Assembly: GCA_965660445.1 (NCBI GenBank)
Contig: CBFIAK010000001.1
Coordinates: forward strand, 42,121-106,120
Length of the DNA: 64,000 nucleotides
DNA from: Patescibacteria group bacterium
Lineage (GTDB): Bacteria; Patescibacteriota; Gracilibacteria; UBA4473
Direction of reading: 5' to 3'
This document shows, in pieces, positions 33,936 to 44,584 of this stretch (positions are counted from its first letter, which is position 1; the number at the start of each line of letters is the position of its first letter). A model generated the notes under the pieces. That model ran no database searches. It was not told where the DNA came from and worked only from the letters and a program-made list of their open reading frames with translations. Both the position numbers and the translations under genes were made by a program.

Positions 33936-36254
33936 ATGGCACAAAACCTTGTTATTGTTGAGTCTCCTGCAAAGGCAAAAACAATCGAAAAATTTTTAGG
34001 AAAAGATTTCGTTGTAAAATCAAGCTTCGGACACATTCGAGACCTTCCATCAAAAGGAATGAATATTGATATTGAAAATGGGTTTGCTCCTCATTATGAG
34101 ATTAATACCGATAAGAAAAAGGTCGTTAATGAGCTCAAGAAAATAGCAAAAGAAAGTACTGTCTGGCTCGCATCCGATGAAGACCGAGAAGGAGAAGCTA
34201 TTGCATGGCATTTAGCGGAAGCACTTCATTTAGACCCCAAAAAAACAAAGAGAATAACGTTTCATGAAATCACAAAACCAGCTATTTTAAAAGCGATTGA
34301 GAACCCACGAGTTATAAACAAAGATCTCGTTGATGCTCAACAAGCACGTCGAGTACTTGATCGACTTGTGGGATATGAAATTTCACCAATATTATGGAAG
34401 AAAATACGAACAGGACTTTCTGCCGGAAGAGTGCAATCAGTGGCTGTTCGGCTTATTGTTGAACGAGAAGAAGAGATTCGAAAATTTGATTCAAAATCAA
34501 GTTTTAAGGTAATGGCTGAGTTTGATTTAAAAGACGGAAAAGTTTTAAAAGCAGAACTCAAGAAAAAAATTCCAACAATCGAAAAAGCTCAAACATTTTT
34601 AGAGACTATTAAAGACGCTTCGTTTCAGATTTCTGATATTATCACAAAACCAGGAAAACGCACTCCGGCTGCTCCATTCACAACATCAACACTCCAACAA
34701 GAAGCCAGTCGAAAACTTGGATTTTCGGTAAAACAAACCATGACTGTTGCTCAAAAACTCTATGAATCAGGGAAAATAACCTATATGCGTACTGATTCTA
34801 TGAATTTGTCAGAAACGGCTATTTCACAGATAGAATCTGAGGTAAAAACCGAGTTTGGAAAAGAATATTTTCAAAAACGCGTCTTTAAAACGAAGTCTTC
34901 TACAGCGCAAGAAGCACATGAAGCAATCCGTCCAACCGATACATCCAAACGAGACCAAGGATCTGATTCTAATGAAAAACGGCTCTATGAACTTATCTGG
35001 AAAAGAACAGTAGCCTCACAAATGGCTGATGCTCTTCTTGAAAAAACAGTTGTACACATTGATATTTCTACACATGAATCACAATTAGTCGCTGAAGGAG
35101 AAGTGATTCAGTTTCCAGGATTCCTAGAAGTCTATATTGAAAGTTCTGATGACGAAGATGATAATGCACTCGAAAAGAACATTCTTCCACCTCTTGCAAA
35201 AAATCAGATATTACCTTTGAAGACACTACAAGCAAAAGAAGGATTTGATCGATCTCCTCCTCGATACACAGAGGCAAGTTTAGTAAAGAAAATGGAAGAA
35301 ATGGGAATTGGACGACCATCAACCTATGCTCCAACGATTTCAACTATTCAAGACCGAGGATACATTGAGAAAAAAAGCACCGAAGGCACAAAACGTCATT
35401 ATGCCTTTTTAGTACTCAAAAAAGGGGCTATCATCAATGAAGAAAAAACCGAAACCACAGGAGCTGAAAAAAACAAACTATTCCCTACCGATACTGGAAA
35501 AGTCGTCAATGAGTTTCTAATGAGATGTTTTCCTACTATTTTAGATTATCATTTCACGGCAAAAGTTGAAGAAGAATTTGATGCCATTGCTCATGGAAAA
35601 GAACGATGGAATCGAATGATTCAAGAATTCTACACTCCGTTTCATGCATCAGTAGAAGAAACAGGGGAAATATCTCGAAGTGAAATTTCGTATGCACGAG
35701 AAGTTGGTATTGATCCAAAAACAAAAAAACCTATTTTTGCTCGTATTGGACGATTCGGCCCCATGCTACAACTCGGAGAAACTGAAAGCGAAGAAAAACC
35801 ACGGTTTGCCTCTATCCCAAAAGATGTCTCTATTGACGATATTACACTTGAACAAGCTCTTCCTTTATTTGAACTTCCACGTGTTATTGGAAAAACAAAA
35901 GACGGTACCGAAATTACCGCTCAGATCGGACGATTTGGTCCGTATATTAAACACGATAAGACTTTTGTATCAATCCAAGAAACAGAACTTTTTGATATAA
36001 CCCTTGAAGAAGCTGAGAAAAGAATCAATGAGAAAAAAGAAGAAGCTCAAAACCGTATTATTCATGATTTCACAGAAAAAGGTATTCAAGTACTCAAAGG
36101 TCGATACGGTCCGTATATCACAGACGGAAAGAAAAACGCAAAAATACCAAAAGACAAAGCACCCGAATCCCTTACGCAAAAAGAATGCGAAGACCTGCTT
36201 TCAAAAGCTCCTGACCGAAAAAAACGAGGATTTGTACGAAAAACAAAGAAATAG
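33936..36254 (+). CDS. topA: DNA topoisomerase I
   Basis: Toprim start LVIVESPAKAKTIEKFLG, the catalytic Tyr context GKITYMRTDS, and three Cys-free C-terminal repeats (GRFGPMLQ, GRFGPYIK, GRYGPYIT). ATG 33936 is preferred over the track start 33876. Confidence 0.93.
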   Translation: MAQNLVIVESPAKAKTIEKFLGKDFVVKSSFGHIRDLPSKGMNIDIENGFAPHYEINTDKKKVVNELKKIAKESTVWLASDEDREGEAIAWHLAEALHLDPKKTKRITFHEITKPAILKAIENPRVINKDLVDAQQARRVLDRLVGYEISPILWKKIRTGLSAGRVQSVAVRLIVEREEEIRKFDSKSSFKVMAEFDLKDGKVLKAELKKKIPTIEKAQTFLETIKDASFQISDIITKPGKRTPAAPFTTSTLQQEASRKLGFSVKQTMTVAQKLYESGKITYMRTDSMNLSETAISQIESEVKTEFGKEYFQKRVFKTKSSTAQEAHEAIRPTDTSKRDQGSDSNEKRLYELIWKRTVASQMADALLEKTVVHIDISTHESQLVAEGEVIQFPGFLEVYIESSDDEDDNALEKNILPPLAKNQILPLKTLQAKEGFDRSPPRYTEASLVKKMEEMGIGRPSTYAPTISTIQDRGYIEKKSTEGTKRHYAFLVLKKGAIINEEKTETTGAEKNKLFPTDTGKVVNEFLMRCFPTILDYHFTAKVEEEFDAIAHGKERWNRMIQEFYTPFHASVEETGEISRSEISYAREVGIDPKTKKPIFARIGRFGPMLQLGETESEEKPRFASIPKDVSIDDITLEQALPLFELPRVIGKTKDGTEITAQIGRFGPYIKHDKTFVSIQETELFDITLEEAEKRINEKKEEAQNRIIHDFTEKGIQVLKGRYGPYITDGKKNAKIPKDKAPESLTQKECEDLLSKAPDRKKRGFVRKTKK

Positions 36255-36391
36255 ATTGACACAAAGCATGAAATATTTTATAAATAAAATAGTTCTTTTC
36301 AAACGTGATTGATAGGATGAGAAAAATATTTTCTTCACCTATCACACACCTATAAATAGCAACACATTTCAAATTATATTGGAGGTCAGTA

Positions 36392-36538
36392 ATGGCAAAA
36401 TTACTCGGATGGATCATTTTGATAATGCTTGGAATAGCACTTATATCAAGCTTCGCGCCTGCAGTTGTTATCGGTGGAATTATACTCTTTGGTGCCGGAT
36501 ACTACTTAGTAAAAGGCGATTCTAGCACAAGCAGTTAA
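36392..36538 (+). CDS. Candidate 48-aa two-helix membrane peptide
   Basis: GGAGG at 36381-36385 sits 6 nt before the ATG. Sequence is MAKLLGWIILIMLGIALISSFAPAVVIGGIILFGAGYYLVKGDSSTSS, followed by a terminator hairpin. It is below the ORF-track cutoff. Confidence 0.5.
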   Translation: MAKLLGWIILIMLGIALISSFAPAVVIGGIILFGAGYYLVKGDSSTSS

Positions 36539-36553
36539 TTCCCGAACACAAAA

Positions 36554-36583
36554 ACACTTATGGAACTCATAGGTGTTTTTTTT
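36554..36583 (+). terminator. Intrinsic terminator after the small membrane ORF
   Basis: ACACTTAT-GGAACTC-ATAGGTGT followed by T7. The T-run overlaps the tatD stop on the other strand. Confidence 0.65.
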
Positions 36584-37454
36584 ATACGCTATACAGTTTT
36601 TTTGCGTTCTCAAATAATTGCAAACCGCATTCATATTCATCAATATTTTTAATGTGTGCAATCAATTGCACAACTTCTTTTAAAGTTGAGGCATCGTTTC
36701 GCTTTACTCCATTTTTTCGAGCTTGTTGTGGCACTAAAAATGGGCTATCAGTTTCAGTCACAAGGTATTCAAGAGGAACCGCACGAACAACATCTCTGAG
36801 TGTGTCTGATTTTGGATACGTGAGCACACCACCAATACCAATAAAAAAACCGTATTCTTGAGTCATCTTTAAAGCACACGCCGTATCACTTGAAAAACAA
36901 TGCACAACTCCTGAAAGTCCTTGAACTTTATAAGTGCGAAGGGCTTCTTCAAATTCGCGATAGGCATCACGCACATGAAACACAAGCGGTTTACGAAACA
37001 ATCGTGCAAGTTGAATATGCATTTCAAATGATTCATATTGCCGTGCCAGTATTTCAGGCGAATTATTGTGGTACAAATCAAACCCAGTTTCTCCAAACCC
37101 AACGACGTTCTCGTTCTGTTTTTTCGTTACATCCGAAAAAAAGGAAAACAGTTCTTGAAAATTATGTGCTTGTAATTCATATGATTCAAACCCCGAAGGT
37201 CTGTAATTTTTTTTTGCAGAAAAACAATCCAATACATCACACGGATGTACCCCAAGTGTTGCATACATACCTTCATATTTTTGAGCGAGTGCCAAGGCTG
37301 CCATACTTGATACTTCTTCACATCCAATTTGAACTTGATGAGAAACCCCTGCGTCCTTACAAGTACTTAAAACCGATTCAAGATCGTTATCAAACGCAGA
37401 AAAATAAAGATGGGTATGCGTTTCAAAAATTGGATATAATGTATTGTCAGACAT
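36582..37454 (-). CDS. tatD: TatD-family metal-dependent hydrolase/DNase
   Basis: 290 aa from ATG 37454 with FETHTHL at the N-terminus, then VGFGETGFD, VFHVRDA, GVVHCFS and ETDSPFL. Confidence 0.85.
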   Translation of the reverse strand: MSDNTLYPIFETHTHLYFSAFDNDLESVLSTCKDAGVSHQVQIGCEEVSSMAALALAQKYEGMYATLGVHPCDVLDCFSAKKNYRPSGFESYELQAHNFQELFSFFSDVTKKQNENVVGFGETGFDLYHNNSPEILARQYESFEMHIQLARLFRKPLVFHVRDAYREFEEALRTYKVQGLSGVVHCFSSDTACALKMTQEYGFFIGIGGVLTYPKSDTLRDVVRAVPLEYLVTETDSPFLVPQQARKNGVKRNDASTLKEVVQLIAHIKNIDEYECGLQLFENAKKLYSV

Positions 37455-37467
37455 AAATAAAAAAACA

Positions 37468-38265
37468 CTAAAAAATTGAAGGGCGAGATGTCCCTTTCCA
37501 CTTCCAAAGATACTGAAAAACCGATCGTACATGAATCCAAAACGTTCGTTTTTTCATACTCCGAAACACGCCTTCTCCCGATAATCGTTTTTGTTCATGA
37601 AAAGCTTTCACAGTCGGTACCTGAAGAACCCTATACCCTGCATGCCAACACCGACGACATAAATCCGTATCTTCTAAGAATAAGAAAAAACGGTCATCAA
37701 ACCCGTTGAGAACTGACATGAAAAAATCTTTCTTCATCAGTAAAAAACTCCCTTGTGCCCATTCAACCGGAAACGCATCTTTCCGATGTGGGTGAACATG
37801 TTTCACATGAAAAAATCGTTTTTTCAGTAACGAAAAAAAGGTAGGAAACTTCCACGTATTTGCTAATGGCACATGATCGCTTGTCTCTAACAATGGGGTT
37901 ACAATACCGTTTTGAGGATTACTCAAAAGCACAGAGAGAAGTGATTCAAACACCGGTTCACAAAACTCTATATCGGGGTTTATAAACGCAACATAGTTTC
38001 CCATAGCAAATTGAACGCCTTGCATATTTCCTTTTCCAAACCCAATATTTTGTTGTAATTCAACCACATGCACTCGCTTATCATGCGCTACGGCCTCCAC
38101 ACACACACGAAATCTATCTTTCCCTGAATGATTATCCACAATAATCCATTCCCACTCAATATGAGGTGGAAATTTCTTTAAAGACTCATATAACCGCAAC
38201 AACTTTTGTTCTGTTCGATAATGAACGGTTATCAACGAAATGGTTTGTGAACCTGTATCACTCAT
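37468..38265 (-). CDS. Family 2 glycosyltransferase
   Basis: The start ISLITVHY..IIVDNHS and a later DxD-like motif (LEDTDL) fit the GT-A fold. ATG 38265 is preferred over GTG 38271. Confidence 0.7.
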   Translation of the reverse strand: MSDTGSQTISLITVHYRTEQKLLRLYESLKKFPPHIEWEWIIVDNHSGKDRFRVCVEAVAHDKRVHVVELQQNIGFGKGNMQGVQFAMGNYVAFINPDIEFCEPVFESLLSVLLSNPQNGIVTPLLETSDHVPLANTWKFPTFFSLLKKRFFHVKHVHPHRKDAFPVEWAQGSFLLMKKDFFMSVLNGFDDRFFLFLEDTDLCRRCWHAGYRVLQVPTVKAFHEQKRLSGEGVFRSMKKRTFWIHVRSVFQYLWKWKGTSRPSIF

Positions 38266-38279
38266 ATTCACTCATCAGT

Positions 38280-39629
38280 CTAAATATTTTTTTCAAAAAA
38301 GGAAACGATATCTGATTGACGCACCGTTTCTTGTGTTCCAGTTTTCATATTCTTTACACAAACTGATTGCGTTTTTATCTCGTCTTCACCAATAACACAC
38401 ACCCACTCTACCCCAAGATAATCAGCATATTCAAACTGTTTCTTCATTTTCTTTTGTTCCAAATACGTTTCTACTCGAAACCCACTACAACGCAGCATTT
38501 TTTGCAGTGCAAACGAAGTCCCCATACCTTCCTGATCGTGTTGCACAATTAAAATATCACAAGGAGATAGAAACGTATCAACAACAACCCCTTCATCGAA
38601 TAACTGATGAAGTAACCGAGTTAACCCAATAGACATCCCAACTCCTGGGTACGATTTTCCAGTAAACAAAGAGGTTAAATCATCATATCGCCCTCCTGAA
38701 CAAATAGATCCAAGATGTGGAAACCGAGTCAGCGTTGTTTCGTAAATCGTACCCGTATAATAATCAAGCCCTCTCGCAATAGATATATCAGGGCGATAAT
38801 ACTGAGCATCGCCTTGCATACACGCTAAAGTATCAAACACAATCCGTAATTGATGCAACCCTTCTTGCCCTTCTTCCGATAATGAAAAAGACTGAAAAAA
38901 CTCAAAAAAATCAGCGTAATTATTATCTGGAGATGGTTCGAATGCCATTATATCTAAAAGTTGTGCTTGCTGAGCATCCGATAACCCAAGAACACGCAAA
39001 GACTCTTTCACAAACCCAATTCCTTTTTTCTCCATATCGTCGATAATATCGATACATTGTTTCAGGTTTGTTTCATTCACTCCGCAGTGTTGTAAAACAC
39101 CACGCAATAATTTTCTATTACTGATACGTACTACAAATTCGCCAATATTCAGTTTTGAAAAAACATCAATCATAATAGAAGGAAGTACTCCGTCATGTTC
39201 AATCGCCAATGATTCTGATCCAACAATATCAATATCACATTGATCAAATTGTCGAAACCGTCCTTTCTGTGCTCGTTCACCACGAAAAACAGGCCCTATA
39301 CAATATCTGCGAAAAGGAAACCGAATATCGTTCAAATGACGAGCAATATACAACGCTAAAGGTACAGTATGGTCAAACCGCAATGCGTTTCCAGAATGAG
39401 ACGTATCAGTTTCATCATCAAGTAATCGTTTCAGAACATACATTTCTTTTGGATTTCCTCCTTTCGCCAAAAAATTTTCTTCTCGTTCAACCATTGGTGT
39501 AGTCACCGGAAAAAATCCATACGATTCAAAAACATGTGTAATTGTTTGTACCCATTGTTGTTTTATTCGTTCTTGTGAAGGTGTAAACTCTGGAAACCCA
39601 CTCGGACACGAAACATTGTGAGAAGACAT
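38280..39629 (-). CDS. hisS: Histidyl-tRNA synthetase
   Basis: 449 aa with class II motifs including FRGERAQKGRFRQFDQCD and GGRYD, plus a C-terminal anticodon-binding domain. Confidence 0.88.
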   Translation of the reverse strand: MSSHNVSCPSGFPEFTPSQERIKQQWVQTITHVFESYGFFPVTTPMVEREENFLAKGGNPKEMYVLKRLLDDETDTSHSGNALRFDHTVPLALYIARHLNDIRFPFRRYCIGPVFRGERAQKGRFRQFDQCDIDIVGSESLAIEHDGVLPSIMIDVFSKLNIGEFVVRISNRKLLRGVLQHCGVNETNLKQCIDIIDDMEKKGIGFVKESLRVLGLSDAQQAQLLDIMAFEPSPDNNYADFFEFFQSFSLSEEGQEGLHQLRIVFDTLACMQGDAQYYRPDISIARGLDYYTGTIYETTLTRFPHLGSICSGGRYDDLTSLFTGKSYPGVGMSIGLTRLLHQLFDEGVVVDTFLSPCDILIVQHDQEGMGTSFALQKMLRCSGFRVETYLEQKKMKKQFEYADYLGVEWVCVIGEDEIKTQSVCVKNMKTGTQETVRQSDIVSFFEKNI

Positions 39630-39640
39630 ACCATAAAAAA

Positions 39641-40903
39641 TTAAGAGATGAGACGTTGCAGTTCTTGTTGATCAATATCGGGCCCAATACCGCAAAACCG
39701 TAAATGTTGAGGATCAAGAATCCGTTGAGCAAGATTTTGTACCTGATCCGCTGTTACAGCTCGATACTGATCTTTCAGTGTTTCGAAATGAACTGTCGTA
39801 TTATAGAGAAGTTGATCTTTTCCAAAATGATGAGCGATATCTTCTGTATCTTCTGTTAATAAATCCATCTTCCCGCACAGATAATTCTGTGCTTTTTCGA
39901 GTTCTCCTTCAAGTAAACCATGCTCTCGTATATTTTTATATTCATACACTATTGCTTCCACGGCTTTGAGTACATCTTGCAACCGAACCCCTGCGCGAGT
40001 TGTTAAAAGCCCTGTGTCTGTAAACTCATCAACACTGGTCCGAATAGAATAACACAAACCCTTACTTTCTCGAACGTTCTGAAACATACGAGCACTCATA
40101 TTGCCTCCAAGAACCGCGGCTAATACTTTTAGTACTGGAAACTCTGGATCGTTTTCAGCCAATGCCCGACACCCAATCGATATATGATATTGTTCTGTTT
40201 TTTTTGTTCGTATTTTATATTTCTCCGTCACGATATCCGCATCAAACGGAGGGAAAGAAAGTGTTTGTGATTGGTGTGGAAACTGAAAATATGATTCTAA
40301 CACATCAAGTGATGTCTCATCTACCGCTCCTGCAACAGTAATCACTGTGTTTTCCGGCACATATAATGCATTTTTATAGGCTATAAATTGATCCTGAGTA
40401 ACAGAACGAATCAATTCCTTTGTTCCAATTTGATCTCGTCCTAAGGGTTGATCACCAAAAACAAGTTGTTCAAAATCCCAACTAATTTGATACATAGGAG
40501 CATCTAAATACATGGCCATTTCTTCTAAAATAACCCCTCTTTCTTTTTCTATTTCTTCAGGATCAAACCGAGAGTGAAGCATCATATCAGAAAGAACGTC
40601 ACAGGCTTTTTCAAAATGAGCTTTCCCGCTCTTTACATAATATCCAGCATACTCTTTCCCTGTAAACGCATTAAAAGCCCCTCCAAAGCAATCGACCGCT
40701 TCTGATACAGCCTTTGGAGTTGTGTATTTTTTTGCCCCCTTAAAAAACATATGTTCTAAAAAATGCGAAATTCCAGCAATTGATTTATCTTCGTAACGAG
40801 ATCCAGCCCCAACCAAGATAAGGGTTGTCACTACTGATGTTCCTTCAAGAGCAACCGCTTGCAATCGTAATCCATTTTGAGTAGTTCGTGTATAAACTTT
40901 CAT
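39641..40903 (-). CDS. M16-family zinc peptidase (pitrilysin-like)
   Basis: HFLEHMFFKG inverted zinc motif (HxxEH) and two M16 domains. ATG 40903 is preferred over 40942. Confidence 0.8.
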   Translation of the reverse strand: MKVYTRTTQNGLRLQAVALEGTSVVTTLILVGAGSRYEDKSIAGISHFLEHMFFKGAKKYTTPKAVSEAVDCFGGAFNAFTGKEYAGYYVKSGKAHFEKACDVLSDMMLHSRFDPEEIEKERGVILEEMAMYLDAPMYQISWDFEQLVFGDQPLGRDQIGTKELIRSVTQDQFIAYKNALYVPENTVITVAGAVDETSLDVLESYFQFPHQSQTLSFPPFDADIVTEKYKIRTKKTEQYHISIGCRALAENDPEFPVLKVLAAVLGGNMSARMFQNVRESKGLCYSIRTSVDEFTDTGLLTTRAGVRLQDVLKAVEAIVYEYKNIREHGLLEGELEKAQNYLCGKMDLLTEDTEDIAHHFGKDQLLYNTTVHFETLKDQYRAVTADQVQNLAQRILDPQHLRFCGIGPDIDQQELQRLIS

Positions 40904-40989
40904 GCTTGGATTGTACGAGAATAAAGCAGAAAAACAACACAAAATGAAGAAAACTTGATTCTTTTATTGAGAAAAATCATACTCATAGT

Positions 40990-42204
40990 ATGAAACGTAC
41001 TTGGATCACAAAAGCAACTCTGATTCATCTCAATATACTTTGTTTACTCCTTCCTTTACACGGAAGTATAACTGTATTTTTCCCCGAACCTTTTCGATTC
41101 TGGAAAGAATACATACTTCTATTTTTTCTCTGTGTCTGGATATTTCAAGAAATACAGACCCCTCAAAAATGGATTTTTAAAAGTACTGAAACACTGAGTG
41201 CAAGTATGGTCATCCTCACAGGACTTCACCTATTCACCGCTCCACACACACTCACGGCTTTACATGCAGCCCGATATATAACCCTTGGATTTCTTCTCTA
41301 CACTCTATTCAAGCGACTCATCTATACTCACAACTACCCAATTACACTGCAAAACATAAGTCGATACCTATTCTGGGGATGTGGTTTGTCTGTTCTTTTT
41401 GGTTTATGGGCACATTTTGCAGGCGGTTACTCTGTACTTCAACAATGGTATTCAACCACTATTTCATCATGGGTTCCAAGCCAAACAATCCCCCTTTACC
41501 ATGCTGTTAATGATATACCTCGAATGCAAGGTACTGCATCAGGTCCCATTGAGTTTTCACACCTACTTCTCGCATCACTCATGATACTTCCCTACGCAAA
41601 ACTCAAGAAATGGGTTCTTTTCATGGGGATATTACTCCTCTTAACAGGTATACTTATGAGTGCATCACGATCTGCTTTTTTTATCGCTTTTATTATACTC
41701 GCATTTCAAAGTGCAAGATGGTACAACCTCCCAAAAACGACCCTGCAAACACTTATTGCTGGACTCTTTGTTCTTATTACCATTGGTATGTCATTCAACC
41801 CAACACTGCCCGCAAAAATAGTCTACAGAGCCGGCACATCCGATCACATAACTCGTCCCATAGAAGGAATCGGAAAAGCAATAACTAATCCCCTTTGGGG
41901 AGATCTCGGATCTGTTGGCCCAGCGGCGCGAGCGTACAATCTAACTCATCACAATGATGATAAAGCTTTCATTGCTGAAAATATATTTATTGATTACTGG
42001 ATTCAGCTTGGTATTTTGGGGTTATGTATATCAATTTCTTTTTTCATTGCCCTGTGGAAAACAATGGGAAACAATGGGAGAATTTGGGTTTTGTCTATTC
42101 TTATAGCAGGAAACATAGCCACTATTTTTGATATGACACCCATAAGTATCTTGTTTTTTATTCTATTAGTGGTATTGTCAAACAAACATAATCCTTCCTC
42201 ATGA
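40990..42204 (+). CDS. O-antigen ligase/polymerase-like (Wzy_C) polytopic membrane protein
   Basis: 404 aa with at least 10 TM helices and a SASRSAFF segment typical of the family loop. Confidence 0.55.
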   Translation: MKRTWITKATLIHLNILCLLLPLHGSITVFFPEPFRFWKEYILLFFLCVWIFQEIQTPQKWIFKSTETLSASMVILTGLHLFTAPHTLTALHAARYITLGFLLYTLFKRLIYTHNYPITLQNISRYLFWGCGLSVLFGLWAHFAGGYSVLQQWYSTTISSWVPSQTIPLYHAVNDIPRMQGTASGPIEFSHLLLASLMILPYAKLKKWVLFMGILLLLTGILMSASRSAFFIAFIILAFQSARWYNLPKTTLQTLIAGLFVLITIGMSFNPTLPAKIVYRAGTSDHITRPIEGIGKAITNPLWGDLGSVGPAARAYNLTHHNDDKAFIAENIFIDYWIQLGILGLCISISFFIALWKTMGNNGRIWVLSILIAGNIATIFDMTPISILFFILLVVLSNKHNPSS

Positions 42205-43283
42205 ATGGTTTAGCCCATCATATCGATAATTTATTTATTATACTCGGGTATATGGTTTGTAGTTTTGTAATTGCTATACTCTTATTTCCTGATTTCATAC
42301 AGTTTGTAAAAGATTTTAAGATAACCCAAAAAATCAGAGAAGATGGTTTAAGTGGTGGTACTGCAAAATTATTTCGTGAACTTCATGCTCATAAATCAGG
42401 AACTCCAACAATGGGAGGAATTGTGATTATAACTGCCATTCTCTCAACAGTCCTTATCTCACGTATATTGTCTTATTATGGTATTATCGATAGCTCTCTC
42501 TTAAACCGAGGTGAAACCTATCTCCCTATTGCAACGCTCATTAGTGTTGGGATATTGGGCGTTATTGATGACTACTTAAATATTAAAGAATCCTCCAAAC
42601 AAAAAGGGTTATCGGCACGAGTAAAACTCTGGAGTCTTATTGTGTTTTCAATTGCAGGCGCCTTATGGTTCACCTTAAAGCTCGAATACTCGAGTATTCA
42701 TATTCCAGGAATAGGAGATTTCGAAATAGGGTTCTTTTATTTTCCTTTATTTATTTTGGTACTCGTAGGAACTTCAAATTCGGTAAACTTAACCGATGGG
42801 CTCGATGGACTCGCAGGTGGACTGCTCGCTATCGCCTATGGAATATTCGGAGCTATATCATATTTCTCAGGGCAACCTATTTTAGCTACTTTTTGCGCTG
42901 TTATTATGGCAGCTCTTATTGCATTTTTATGGTTTAATGTTCCTCCAGCAAAAATATATATGGGGGATACTGGCTCTCTCTCTCTTGGCGCGACTCTCGG
43001 AGTGATTGCGATGATGACTAATTCTCTCGCTATATTACTTATTGTTGGGTTTATTTTTATTCTTGAGACACTGTCTGTCATTTTGCAATTGTTTTGGAAA
43101 AAACATTTTCAAAAAAAACTGTTTCTTATTGCCCCTATTCATCATCATTTTGAAGCAAAAGGATGGTCAGAAACTCAAATCGTAATGAGGTTTTGGATTC
43201 TCGGTGCTTGCATAGGAGTAGTCGGACTTCTGGTTGGACTTTTGGGTATGGGAAACCGAGAATTTTCTCTTTTTCTTTTTTAA
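42201..43283 (+). CDS. mraY: Phospho-N-acetylmuramoyl-pentapeptide transferase
   Basis: KSGTPTMGG, NSVNLTDGLDGLAGG, MGDTGSLSLG and PIHHHFE. The start overlaps the upstream stop (ATGA). Confidence 0.93.
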   Translation: MNGLAHHIDNLFIILGYMVCSFVIAILLFPDFIQFVKDFKITQKIREDGLSGGTAKLFRELHAHKSGTPTMGGIVIITAILSTVLISRILSYYGIIDSSLLNRGETYLPIATLISVGILGVIDDYLNIKESSKQKGLSARVKLWSLIVFSIAGALWFTLKLEYSSIHIPGIGDFEIGFFYFPLFILVLVGTSNSVNLTDGLDGLAGGLLAIAYGIFGAISYFSGQPILATFCAVIMAALIAFLWFNVPPAKIYMGDTGSLSLGATLGVIAMMTNSLAILLIVGFIFILETLSVILQLFWKKHFQKKLFLIAPIHHHFEAKGWSETQIVMRFWILGACIGVVGLLVGLLGMGNREFSLFLF

Positions 43284-43315
43284 GTTTTTAAGTATAGTAC
43301 AACTCACTTACACGC

Positions 43316-44494
43316 ATGCAAATACAAGGTACTACACTTCAACCAAAGAAAAAAAACATGATTGCTTTTCTTGATCAAGGAGAAACCCTTGGAGGAACAG
43401 AACGATTTTTACTTGATTTTATAAACAGTCTTTCACAAGAAGACCAAAAAAGAAATCCCTCTATTGTACTAGGCGGATCATCAAGAAAATATAGAGAACG
43501 AATACCAGAAACAATCCCTATTTATTCATTTTCTTTTCCATCTGTAAAAGGAAACCTATTTACAAAAATATGGAGACTCTTTCAAATTATTTCTTCAGCA
43601 CAAAAACTGAATAAAAAACTCAAAACTGAACAAATAACAACTGTTTTTTCAAACACTCCCCGAACAAGTTTTGTTATGTTTTTCGCAAAAATTTTATGGA
43701 GAACACGATCACGATGGATTGTAATGATTCATGATTTTTCTATTCCCGGAAAGATTCTTTCTCGCATTGTCGCTCAATGCAATACCGTTGTTGTTAGTTC
43801 TACAGCAGCACGTAATTACGTGCATGCTCATATTCGACCAAAAGATTATAAAAAAATAAAAATTGTCGAAAACAGTGTTGATGTTGATGCATTACCAAAT
43901 ATATCGACTCCAACAGAAATCAAGAATATACTCATGCTCGGACGAATAGATCCGCAAAAAGGACAAAAATACGCTTTAGAAGCGGCTGATTTACTACTCG
44001 AACGAAACCCTGATCTGCAGTTTAAGATTGTCGGGAGCCCATTTGAAAAAGATGAACGAACCGTGAGATACAACCAAGAAATTCATGAGTTTGTAAAAGA
44101 ACGAGAACTTTCCAATGTATCATTTCAAGAAGAAGTATCAAATCCTTTTGAAGTTATTGCACAATGCGATTGTTTACTAGCACTTCCCACACAACCTGAA
44201 TCATTTGGAAGAATTGTTATAGAGGCACTCGCTATGGGAAAACTCGTTATTGTGTTTCGTGAAACTGGGCCAAAAGAGATTATGCAAAGCTATGAACAGT
44301 TTATAGGGGTATCGGTAAAACCCTTGGTTATAGAAAAAAATGCAATGACTCTCGCCGAAACCATTGGTCATTTTGCAGATCATCCTGACGATAGTCATAT
44401 TTACACAGAAAAAGCTCGTGAATTTGTTCGAAAACAGTTTTCTGCACAAGAAAGTAAAAAAAGACTTCTTCATATTTTAACCCATTCTGACTAA
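43316..44494 (+). CDS. GT4-family (GT-B) glycosyltransferase
   Basis: C-terminal ESFGRIVIEALAMGK (EX7E-type motif). The start is uncertain; an alternative ATG lies at 43358. Confidence 0.7.
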   Translation: MQIQGTTLQPKKKNMIAFLDQGETLGGTERFLLDFINSLSQEDQKRNPSIVLGGSSRKYRERIPETIPIYSFSFPSVKGNLFTKIWRLFQIISSAQKLNKKLKTEQITTVFSNTPRTSFVMFFAKILWRTRSRWIVMIHDFSIPGKILSRIVAQCNTVVVSSTAARNYVHAHIRPKDYKKIKIVENSVDVDALPNISTPTEIKNILMLGRIDPQKGQKYALEAADLLLERNPDLQFKIVGSPFEKDERTVRYNQEIHEFVKERELSNVSFQEEVSNPFEVIAQCDCLLALPTQPESFGRIVIEALAMGKLVIVFRETGPKEIMQSYEQFIGVSVKPLVIEKNAMTLAETIGHFADHPDDSHIYTEKAREFVRKQFSAQESKKRLLHILTHSD

Positions 44495-44517
44495 CAAAGA
44501 GGAACGGTTCTAAATAA

Positions 44518-44546
44518 TTGACAAAATTACAAAAAATGACTACAAT
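44518..44546 (+). promoter_or_regulatory. Sigma70-like promoter upstream of uvrA (TTGACA-17-TACAAT)
   Basis: TTGACA 44518-44523, a 17-nt spacer, TACAAT 44541-44546. Confidence 0.5.
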
Positions 44547-44560
44547 GGCGCTACCAAGAA

Positions 44561-44584
44561 AGCGCATATTGGGCGCTTTTTTTT
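44561..44584 (+). terminator. Terminator-like hairpin between the promoter and the uvrA start
   Basis: AGCGC-ATATTGG-GCGCT followed by T8. The arm AGCGC can alternatively pair with GCGCT at 44548-44552. Confidence 0.55.

Noticed and set aside
36004-36417. Track ORFs 36004..36312 (+) and 36172..36417 (-)
   Set aside because: The first is an out-of-frame read of the topA 3' end. The second is antisense to the promoter and 5' region of the small membrane ORF. Neither has start signals or recognisable motifs.
44503-44511. LexA/SOS box upstream of uvrA (GAACGGTTC)
   Set aside because: The palindrome has 1-nt spacing rather than the GAAC-N4-GTTC Cheo-box spacing, and it sits directly after the upstream gene stop.
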